From Heteronotia binoei (lineage: Eukaryota), in assembly GCF_032191835.1 (NCBI RefSeq), contig NC_083232.1:930001-994000 (forward strand): a DNA stretch of 64,000 nt. Direction: 5' to 3'. Position numbers and translations under genes: made by a program. Below the pieces are notes generated by a model that had not been told where the DNA came from, made no database searches, and saw only the letters and a program-made list of their open reading frames with translations. Below, piece by piece: positions 48,931 to 58,892 of this stretch (its first letter is position 1; each line of letters opens with the position of its first letter).

Positions 48931-49936
48931 GTTGTGCCCTTTCATGGTGCCCACCGAGTGATTTTAAAATCTGGGTAGGGCTCTGTCCAGTAGGGCTTCT
49001 GATTGGCTGAGCAGATTACTTGGACATAGTTTTGGCAGTGTGGGTTTTGTTCTCTCTCTCTCCTCTTCCTCAGTTCACTCCTCGTCCCCTACACTTGGTT
49101 TTCGTTGTGTGTGTTTGTGGATCCCCCTCCCTGTGGCTGTGCCCCCCACTCTGGGTCAGCACTCCAAATGCGCTCACAGGTTCAGAAAGGCCTGAGCTCT
49201 AGGGGTGAGGCTCTTACCTGGGCAATTCCTCTCCGGGCCTTTGGCATCTCCTGCCCCCCTCGGCGGCTCCCCAAGCTGCTGCTCGCTCCTCCTGGTGGGG
49301 CCCTCCGTTTCCAGGGGGAAAGGCCCTGCTGAGGCAGGGAAGGAACGGGGTGGAGGAAGAAGAAAGGAAAGACCATTGCAGGCCAGCGGGGGTGGGGGGG
49401 GGAGGCGGGGACTGCTGCGCTTGTGCTGCACACTCAGCGTCTTGTCAACTCTGCACCCACACTTAGGAGCCACCCAGAGGAAGGCTTGGCCAAACTGATG
49501 CCCGCTGCCCCACCCTGACACTGGTGGGCAAGCTCCCTCAGAGACCTCGGTGGGGGGGGGGGATTTTGCCCAGCAGGGCAGAGATTTTAAAAAATGTTGC
49601 TTGGGCAGCAGCCACCACCACCACAGCACAAGGATCCTGGCTGTGCAACGGAAGGGAAGCTGCTGCAGCCGTTTTGTGGCTGGGCCCAGAGCTCTGTGTC
49701 AAAACGCCAAAAAAAATAAGAGCGGGGGCCTCTGTGCCAGACCCCTGGCCCAACAGCCCCACCCCTGCTCTGAGCAGCAGCCCTCCGGATCTCCTGGCAG
49801 GCCCTGGAGACTCTCCAGCACCCCTCTTCCCGCCTGGCACTACAGAAGGCTGCCCCCTCCCACTCCGAAAGCTGTTCTTTCTGGCTTCTCAGCTCACACT
49901 GAAACAGTGGAAGGAAGGGGCTGGCTCCCCTCTCAC

Positions 49937-50053
49937 CTGCATGGTGGTGGCCCCCAGAAGGATCTCTGGCCTCAGTTCCCCCATGAGCTTTGGCCGGAGC
50001 CGGACCACCTTCCTCAGCCTGGGCAATGATCTCAGGCTTGGCAGGAGCGGGTC
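49937..50053 (-). CDS. ZNF467: ZNF467, KRAB-B-like exon
   Basis: 117 bp, phase 1-1, tttcttcttctgttttgcag|..|gtgaga; (G)PAPAKPEIIAQAEEG. Confidence 0.78.
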
Positions 50054-50572
50054 CTGCAAAACAGAAGAAGAAAGACTTGGCTGAGTGAAAGTCTTTTCAG
50101 GGCAGGTGGGGGGAGGCCAGCAGACCCCCAGGAAGCAGGGGAACTGTGGGTCCTCTGCTCTGATTCCCACAGGCATGCACATTGCCCAGCCTCCTGTTCC
50201 CAGACATGAGATGCCCCTCCTGGGAAAGAGGAGCCTTGGGCGTGTTCTGGGTGATGGGAAGCTCTGCCTAGGGTTCTGCCGGTCCCGCAGCAATAAAGAA
50301 GATTCCTGTGTGACCCCGGGCTTGGCTACTTTCCCTGCAAGGGTCCAGTCTACGCAGACTTTCTCCATTCTCACAAAAGGCTCCCCCCCTCCTTTTTCCT
50401 TTTTAGATGGATATTTCATTTATTTCAAATAAACAGCCTGGTTTGCATCCTCCGTTTTCCTAGGGGCCAGAGGATGAAAGCACTGTGGGAAGTGCGGGGG
50501 GTTGTGGGCCAGAGCGACACCCAGCCAGAGTTGGGCACAGGGACACCAGAAGGGGGCTTGGGTGAGACTCAC

Positions 50573-50734
50573 TCCAAATGCCACCATTTAGGTCACATGC
50601 ATTTAGCATTGATTTCATCGCTATCCAGCCGCAACGATTTGCCCTCTCAGCAGCCAGATCTCTTCCACTTCCAAGGCCTCTCTGGGAAGAAGCAGAACAG
50701 CTCCCTGCACGCTCATTCCACAGGGCTGGAGCAG
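50573..50734 (-). CDS. ZNF467: ZNF467, candidate frame-preserving cassette exon (54 codons)
   Basis: Acceptor ctctctgtccccctcccccag, donor A|gtgagt, phase 1-1, no stop codon. Confidence 0.45.
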
Positions 50735-50825
50735 CTGGGGAGGGGGACAGAGAGATTACCTGGCGATGCCCCCCACCCCGCACCCAGCCCTCCTCCGGGA
50801 GGCCACTGCAGTCAGAAAGGTTTAC

Positions 50826-50937
50826 CAAGCGCAACCATGGAGCCAAAGTTCTCCCGCATGTCTTCCTCTGGGACAGGCCGCTCCTTCCACCGCTCCGGGC
50901 CCACCTGGAGAGCTGTCTCCTCACACCTCACTGGCAC
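50826..50937 (-). CDS. ZNF467: ZNF467, degenerate KRAB-A exon
   Basis: 112 bp, phase 0-1; VPVRCEETALQVGPERWKERPVPEEDMRENFGSMVALG. Confidence 0.78.
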
Positions 50938-53019
50938 CTGCGACAAGGAAAGGCCACTGGCCAGTCAGGCGGGGAGGGGGGAGAATTACGGAAAACGTTT
51001 CTTCACTGATTTCCTTCCTTACAGAGTTCAAGGCAGCTTACAACATGGACAGAACACAAAAGAATAAAATACGCTGAAAAAAGACAAATCACAAGTTCCG
51101 GACTGCTGGGGAACTAAACCCAGAGGCCAAGAAGTTGCCCTGGAAGGCCAAAGAGGGCCAAGGACCTTCCTCCAGCCCTGTCTCCTCCTAGCCACTGGGG
51201 GGCAGCAGTTGGCGGCCTCTGAACGTGGAGCCTCCCTTTAGTCCCCTGGAGCAGGAAGAGGGTGCAACAAATCAAGAGGCATCTTTCAAGGACAACCAAG
51301 TTGACATTTTCCTGCGTTAGAACTCATTGCTTAAAGGTGCTCCTTGATCTCTGCTTGACTTTGCATCGGCATGGATAAAGACTATTCAGAGAAATTCAGG
51401 CCAGGAAGGAAATGGGATGGCACACGGAGGAAGAAGCAGGGCTGCAGAGATTTTGGAAACTGGCAGGAGAGCAGAAGAAGTCGAGAGAAGGGATTTGTGA
51501 AGTTGTCTTTGAGCGCATTAAGGACATCAGAAGAGCCCTGCCAGGTGAGACGGGTGCCACAAACAGTCCAGCCTCCTGTCTCACACTGGGGCCAGCCAGA
51601 TGCTCCACAAAGCCAGCGACAGGACACAGGGACTCTGAGGCCTTCTCTTGATGGTTTAGGCATCCAAACTAGTCACCGCTGATGGACCTCTCTCCTCCAC
51701 AAATCTGTCCAGGCCTCTTTTAAAGCTCATCACTACATCTGGCAGCAAATGGTCATATTTTTCCACATTCTATTCCTCCAGCAAATAAATATTTGCTTCT
51801 GTCAGTCCTGAATCTACTGCCCTTCAACTTTATAGGGTGCCCCCTTCACCAGCTGCAGTATTTTGGGAGTTGGGAGGAGTCGATGTTCTCCGCAACGGTT
51901 AGCTGCTCCACGTTTGATGCTTCTGAAGTGCTTTGGGGAGATTTAAAGATATCAGCAATTAACATTGTATTAACTCTCTAACTATGTGCCTGTAGGGTTC
52001 TCCGAATGAACAGGGTTCTTTTTCAAGTTTCCAAGGCCTTTTGTGAGGACCTGAACTTAGCCCACTAGACTTGGTCGTTTGCTGCACGCACAGAGAAAGC
52101 CAGCAGGACGTTTCGTGCCCCGCCCCCCGGAAAGAGCCCTGTGGAAACAGCATGGGACGCCAGAGAACTTCCTGGTGGGTCTTGCCCTCCGTTTCTCCCA
52201 GAGCTCGGACTTCCTGAAAAGCCTTCAAGTTCTTCCAGGGCTACAAACAGCCCATGATCTCAGTCACACACCACATCTTCTGGGATTCATTACCCAAACA
52301 CTCTCCTTCGCTACATCCTTTGGTACATTTAAAAAAAATCCACTTTTTCTGAAGTGAGTTTTCATCCTCCCCCCCCCCCCCCGAAACAAGACACTGTTTT
52401 CTTTCTGAGTCATGTTTCCAAGTTGGATTACAAAGGCAGAAAGAACAGTAAGATGTCTGGCCATCTTTCCCCTGGACTCCTCTCTCCCAGGCCGACAGTG
52501 GCAAGGGAAGGGGGGGGGTGAAAGAGAATGTCGGAGCTGCCTGCTGCAACCCCCATCTATGTCCTTGCCATCATCCCTGCACAAATCACCCGACCCACCC
52601 CTTCCTGGATCGTGGCCACCTCCCCTCCCCTCCCCACCCCTCTGTCCCCACAGCCCCCTCCCTTTTTATCCCCTCCCCTTCCTGCAGGGTCCCTCCCCGC
52701 CCCCTTCCACGTCACTGCCTGCTCCTTCCCGCCTGGCACAACCGCAGCTGGCTTATCGTCTCGCCCCTCCCCTCCCCTCCAAATCTCCCTGCAGCTGCAG
52801 ATTTTGCTGGGAGGGCTCCTGGGGAGATGCAGCCCGGATGGAGGGGCGGGTGGTGGTGGTGGAGAGGGGCTGCTGTGCTTTGCCAGGGCTCCCCCCTGCC
52901 TGCCCAGTCCTCCAGCAGGATGCTCAGAAAGAAGGCTTCTTCCTCTGAGCCAAGCAACGCTGCAGCCGCAGCAAAACACCTCCCAAGGGCTGTTTCCTCC
53001 CAACCAAGCGCCAAATGGA

Positions 53020-53920
53020 GGAGAAGCCATGTTGGATCAGGCCAATGGCCCATCCAGCCCAACACTCTGGGTCACACAGTGGTCAAAAAACCAGCCACCA
53101 TCAGGAGGTCCACCAGTGGGGCCAGGACACTAGAAGAAGAAGACTGCAGATTTATACCCCGCCCTTCTCTCTGAATCAGAGACTCAGAGCGGCTTACAAT
53201 CTCCTTTATCTTCTTCCCCCCAAACAGACACCCTGTGAGGTGGGTGGGGCTGAGAGGACTCTCACAGCAGCTGCCCTTTCAAGGGCAACTCCTGCGAGAG
53301 CTACGGCTGACCCAAGGCTATTCCAGCAGCTGCAAGTGGAGGAGTGGGGAATCAAGCCCGGTTCTCCCAGATAAGAGTCTGCACACTTAACCACCACACC
53401 AAACTGGCTCTTGCCCTCGCACTGTTGCCACTCCCCAAGCACCAAGAAGACAGAGCATCACTGCCCCAGACAGCGTTCCCTCTACACCTAGTGGCTATTA
53501 GCCACAGATAGACCTCTGCTCCAGATGTTAATCCTATCCCTTCTTGAAACTGTCTGTGCTTGTAACTACCACCACTTCCTGTGGCACTGAGTTCCACATG
53601 TTAATCACCCTTTGGGTGAAGGACTTCCTTTTATCTGTTTAAACCTACTGCTCAGCAATTTCATCGAGTGCCCACGAGTTCTTGTATTGTGAGAAAGGGA
53701 GAAAAGTCCTTCTTTCACTATCTTCTCCATCCCATGCATAATTTTGTGAACCTCTATCATGCCACCCCTCAGACATCATTCCTCCAAGCTAAAGAGCCCT
53801 ACCCTCTTTGACCTTCCATCCCCTTAATTATTTAGTTGCCCTTTTCTGCACCTTTTGCAATGCTTTAATGTCTCTTTTGAGGTGCAATGACCAGAACAGT
53901 ACAGAGTATTCCTAAATGGG
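53020..53920 (-). mobile_element. CR1 3' region interrupted by a single-headed CORE-SINE (53125-53410)
   Basis: CR1 sequence ggacactagaag|..|gccctcgcactg is split by the SINE. Confidence 0.75.
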
Positions 53921-54101
53921 GGGGGGGGGATTCTAATACAGGCTGATCTGTTTTCAGTCCCCTCCCTAATTCCCAGCACAACATTTGCTGAGTCCCAGCA
54001 CCTCTCACTTTCACACCAAATACCACACTGGGAGTGGCTTGAGTGTGTGCTGGGACTGGGACCCTGGTGGTGGAATGTGCCGTCAGGTGTAGGATGTTCA
54101 G

Positions 54102-54960
54102 AGAAGAAGAAGAAGATATTGGATTTATATCCCGCCCTCCACTCCGAAGAGTCTCAGAGCGGCTCACAGTCTCCTTTCCCTTCCTCCCCCACAACAGACA
54201 CCCTGTGAGGTAGATGAAGATACTGGATTTATATCCCGCCCTCCACTCCGAAGAGTCTCAGAGCGGCTCACAATCTCCTTTCCCTTCCTCCCCCAACAAC
54301 AGACACCCTGTGAGGTAGGTGGGGCTGAGAGGGCTCTCCCAGCAGCTGCCCTTTCAAGGACAACCTCTGCCAGACCTTTGGCAGACCCAAGGTCATGCCA
54401 GCAGCTGCAAGTGTTGGAGTGGGGAATCAAACCCGGTTCTCCCAGATAAGAGTCCATGCACTTAACCTCTACACCAAACTGGCTCTCTATTAGAGCTATG
54501 GCTGACCCAAGGCCATTCCAGCAGGTGCAAGTGGAGGAGTGGAGAATCAAACCCGGTTCTCCCAGATAAGAGTCCATGCACTTAACCTCTACACCAAACT
54601 GGCTCTCTATTAGAGCTATGGCTGACCCAAGGCCATTCCAGCAGCTGCAAGTGTTGGAGTGGGGAATCAAACCCGGTTCTCCCAGATAAGAGTCCATGCA
54701 CTTAACCTCTACACCAAACTGGCTCTCTATTAGAGCTATGGCTGACCCAAGGCCATGCCAGCAGGTGCAAGTGGAGGAGTGGGGAATCAAACCCGGTTCT
54801 CCCAGATAAGAGTCCGTGCACTTAACCTCTACACCAAACTGGCTCTCTATTAGAGCTATGGCTGACCCAAGGCCATTCCAGCAGCTGCAAGTGGAGGAGT
54901 GGGGAATCAAACCTGGTTCTCCCAGATAAGAGTCCGCACACTTAACCACTACACCAAACC
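54102..54960 (-). mobile_element. Multi-headed CORE-SINE: 5 x 120-bp heads, body, duplicated tail
   Basis: 120-bp period ctctctattagagctatggc..ctacaccaaac; one body; (TCT)n tail. Confidence 0.88.
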
Positions 54961-55439
54961 AGAGGTGGTTGGCCGTTGCCTTCCTCTGCAAAGCAACCCT
55001 GGGCTTACTTCCTTGGTGGTCCCCCTCACAGGTACTGATCAGGGCTGACCCCGTTTAGCTTCTGAGATCTGACGGGATTGGGCTAGCCTGGGCCATCCAG
55101 GAGAGGGAAGACCCAGGCTCTGAGAGAGACCCAGGTTCAAATCCCCACTCTGCTTGGGTGGCCTTGTGCCATTCACACAGTCAGCTGAACCTACCTCACA
55201 GGGCAGCTGTTGTGAGGACAGAATGGAAGAAAGCGGAAGGGCGTGAGCCACTTTGGGTCCTCAGAGGGGAGAAAGGAAGGAAGAGGGAAAGGCAATGAAT
55301 ACATAAGTGCAAGAAGATGATCAGTGCATCCTAATGAAGATCTTATTTTGCTGTCTTTCTGACTGCCCTGCCAGGCCCAGATTCTGAAGCACAAGCCCTC
55401 CCGGGGAGGGGGGAGTTCTGGCAGCTTCTCCAGAAAGAG

Positions 55440-56600
55440 CCCCAGGGCTGGCGCGGCTTGCAGGCTCACCCCTCCCAGGCTCCCGATGCCCTGCAGCCCC
55501 CACGGCAATGCTCAGCACACAAACAAACCCTGGCAGGAAGCGCTGCAGGTGCGCCCCAAGCCCAGCGGATGGTCCCGGCTCCGGGGAATAAAGGGCCCGT
55601 GCGCAGCAGCGCTTGGATGCTGAGGAGCCTCCTTGTGGAGGGGCAGTCTACCTTCAGCTGCCTGCCGAAGAGGGCTCCTGCTGCTGGGGAGCTCGCCCCC
55701 GGGGGCAGCGGCTGGACGGGGCGGCCCTTCTCAGGCTCCCTCCGTCCTGGGCGGACACAGCCCTGCCGCCGCCGCCTGGGGCCAGCCTCCCCCCCCCCCC
55801 GCCCGCACATCGGGGCCAGCCGGCCTCCCCGACGGCACCGCGCTCCGCTCCTCCCCGCCAGGCAGGCGGGCTAGACGGGGAGGGCGCCCGCGGTCAGCTT
55901 AGCCTGGCTGCGGCTCCCCCCTGCCCGAGCCGGCCTTCTGCCCACGGTGGCCCCGCTCCCCGAGCATGTGCAGAGTGCCCCTCCCGCCCTTACCTGCGCG
56001 GCAGCCCCCACGGCCATGCGGGGCCCCGAGAGGGAGGGAGGCAGGCAGGCAAGAGGGACCCCCCAGCCGCCGTCGATGGTGCCCGGAGAGGAGGGGGCCT
56101 CCTGCGCCGCCGGCCTCGATCCCCCCCCCCCTCCTCCTCCTGCTGCTTCGCCCGCTGCGGCCCGCCCGATCGTGCACGCGGGGCTGCCCCGCTCCAGCCC
56201 CGTCCCGTCCCGTCCGGCCGCCAGGTCCTGCCTGCAATTGCAAAGCCGCCCGCCTTGCCTGCCCGGCCCTGGCTCCCCCCCGCGAACTACACTTCCCAGC
56301 AGCCCACGGAAGGAAGGGGCGGGGCAGCGGCCGCGCTCCCGTCGCCCTGGCAACGGCTCGCCCCTGCCCGGAGACCCCGCCCAGGCCTTGCCAACCTCCC
56401 GGGATTGCCCTTCAGCCCCGCGCTTGGGGAGAAAAGCGCCGCTTGGCTTGCAGGGGGTTGCTCCGTGGCGGCCAGCAGCACGCCTTGCCACCCCCCCCCC
56501 CCCAAGCTCCTGGAACTCCCCAGGCCAGAGTTGGCAGCCCTGGCGCAAGCCTGAGACTTTCAGCGCCCTACCTCGCGGGGCTGTTGCCAGGACAGAATGG
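55440..56600 (-). promoter_or_regulatory. ZNF467: CpG-island promoter of ZNF467
   Basis: ZNF143 motif ACTACActTCCCAGCAGCC 56286-56304; X-box GTCGCCCTGGCAAC 56341-56354; GC boxes. Confidence 0.75.
55994..56017 (-). CDS. ZNF467: ZNF467, first coding exon segment (MAVGAAAQ)
   Basis: ATG 56017, donor CAG|gtaagg, phase 0, in frame with VPV of the KRAB-A exon; total CDS 2178 nt, 725 aa. Confidence 0.65.
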
Positions 56601-56643
56601 CCCTCCAACAGAGACTAAGGATTCCTGGGCTGCCATCACTCCT

Positions 56644-58892
56644 CCAGTTTGGTGTAGTGGTGAAGTGCAGGACTCTTATCTGGGAAAACGGGTTTGATTC
56701 CCCACTCCTCCCCTTGCAGCTGCTGGAATGGCCTTGGGTCAGCCATAGCTCTAATAGAGAGCCTGTTGGGTGTAGTGGTTAAATGCACGGACTCTTATCT
56801 GGGAGAACCGGGTTTGATTCCCCACTCCTCCACTTGCACCTGCTGGAATGGCCTTGGGTCAGCCATAGCTCTAATAGAGAGCCAGTTGGGTGTAGTGGTT
56901 AAGTGCATGGACTCTTATTTGGGAGAACAGGGTTTGATTCCCCCCTCCTCCACTTGCACCTGCTGGAATGGCCTTGGGTCAGCCATAGCTCTAATAGGGA
57001 GCCAGTTGGGTGTAGTGGTTAAGTGCATGGACTCTTATTTGGGAGAACAGGGTTTGATTCCCCACTCCTCCACTCGCAACTGCTGGAATGGCCTTGGGTC
57101 AGCCAGAGCTCTAATAGAGAGCCTGTTGGGTGTAGTGGTTAAGTGTGTGCACTCTTATCTGGGAGAACCGGGTTTGATTCCCCCCTCCTCCACTTGCACC
57201 TGCTGGAATGGCCTTGGGTCAGCCATAGCTCTAATAGGGAGCCAGTTGGGTGTACTGGTTAAGTGCACGGACTCTTATCTGGAGAACCGGGTTTGATTCC
57301 CCACTCCTCCACTCGCAGCTGCTGGAATGGCCTTGGGTCAGCCAGAGCTCTAATAGAGAGCAAGTTGGGTGTAGTGGTTAAGTGTGAGGACTCTGGGAGA
57401 ACCGGGTTTGATTGCTCACTCCTCCACTTGCAGCTGCTGGAATGGCCTTGGGTCAGCCAGAGCTCTAATAGAGAGCCAGTTGGGTGTAGTGGTTAAGTGC
57501 GAGGACTCTGGGAGAACCGGGTTTGATTGCTCACTCCTCCACTTGCAGCTGCTGGAATGGCCTTGGGTCAGCCAGAGCTCTAATAGAGAGCCAGTTGGGT
57601 GTAGTGGTTAAGTGCGCGGACTCTTATCTGGGAGAACTGGGTTTGATTCCCCACTCCTCCACTCGCAGCTGCTGGAATGGCCTTGGGTCAGCCATAGCTC
57701 TAATAGAGAGTCAGTTGCGTGTAGTGGTTAAATGCACAGACTCTTATCTGGGAGAACCGGGTTTGATTCCCCCCTCCTCCACTAGCACCTGCTGGAATGG
57801 CCTTGGGTCAGCCATAGCTCTAATAGAGAGTCAGTTGGGTGTAGTGGTTAAGTGCAAGGACTCTTATCTGGGAGAACCGGGTTTGATTCTCCACTCCTCC
57901 ACTTGCACCTGCTGGAATGGTCTTGGGTCAGCCACAGCTCTAATAGACAGCCAGTTGGGTGTAGTGGTTAAGTGTGCGGACTCTTATCTGGGAGAACTGG
58001 GTTTGATTCCCCACTCCTCCACTCGCAGCTGCTGGAATGGCCTTGGGTCAGCCATAGCTCTAGTAGAGAGCCAGTTGGGTGTAGAGGTTGAGTGCACGGA
58101 CTCTTATCTGGGAGAACCGGGTTTGATTCCCCACTCCTCCACTTGCAGCTGCTGGAATGGCCTTGGGTCAGCCATAGCTCTAATAGGGAGCCAGTTTGGT
58201 GTAGTGGTTAAGTGTGCGGACTCTTATCTGGGGGAACCGGGTTTGATTCCCCACTCCTCCACTTGCACCTGCTGGAATGGCCTTGGGTCAGCCAGAGCTC
58301 TAATAGAGAGCCAGTTGGGTGTAGAGGTTGAGTGCACAGACTCTTATCTGGGAGAACCGGGTTTGATTCCCCACTCCTCCACTTGCACCTGCTGGAATGG
58401 CCTTGGGTCAGCCATAGCTCTAATAGAGAGCCAGTCTGGTGTAGTGGTTAAATGTGCGGACTCTTATCTGGGAGAACTGGGTTTGATTCCCCACTCCTCC
58501 ACTTGCACCTCCTGGAATGGCCTTGGGTCAGCCATAGCTCTAATAGAGAGCCAGTTTGGTGTAGTGGTTAAGTGTGCAGACTCTTATCAGGGAGAACCAG
58601 GTTTGATTCCCCACTCCAATACTTGCAGCTGCTGGAATGGACTTGGGTCAGCTATAGTTCTTGCAGAGATTGTCCTTGAAAGGGCAGCTGCTGTGAGAGC
58701 CCTCTCGGCCCCACCCACCTCACAGGGTGTCTGTTGTTGGGGGAGAAGATATAAGCTGCTCTGAGACTTTGTCCTTGAAAAGGCAGCTGCTGTGAGAGTC
58801 CTCTCAGCCCCACCCACCTCACAGGGTGTCTGTTGTGGTGGTGGGGGGGCGGAGATTCAGAGAATAGGGCAGGATATAAATCCAATATCTTC
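56644..58892 (+). mobile_element. Multi-headed CORE-SINE: about 17 x 120-bp heads plus body and tail
   Basis: Exact 120-bp period (two 116-bp and one 119-bp variants) from 56644 to about 58640, then one body and tataaatccaatatcttcttc. Confidence 0.92.

Noticed and set aside
56694-58764. Long Cys-rich repetitive ORFs (413 aa at 57523-58764, 200 aa at 56694-57296; also 54164-54991 and 62119-62430)
   Set aside because: The 120-bp SINE head is exactly 40 codons with no stop in one frame, so tandem copies create ORFs automatically. No credible start, splice context or domain; frameshifting variants are tolerated within the array.
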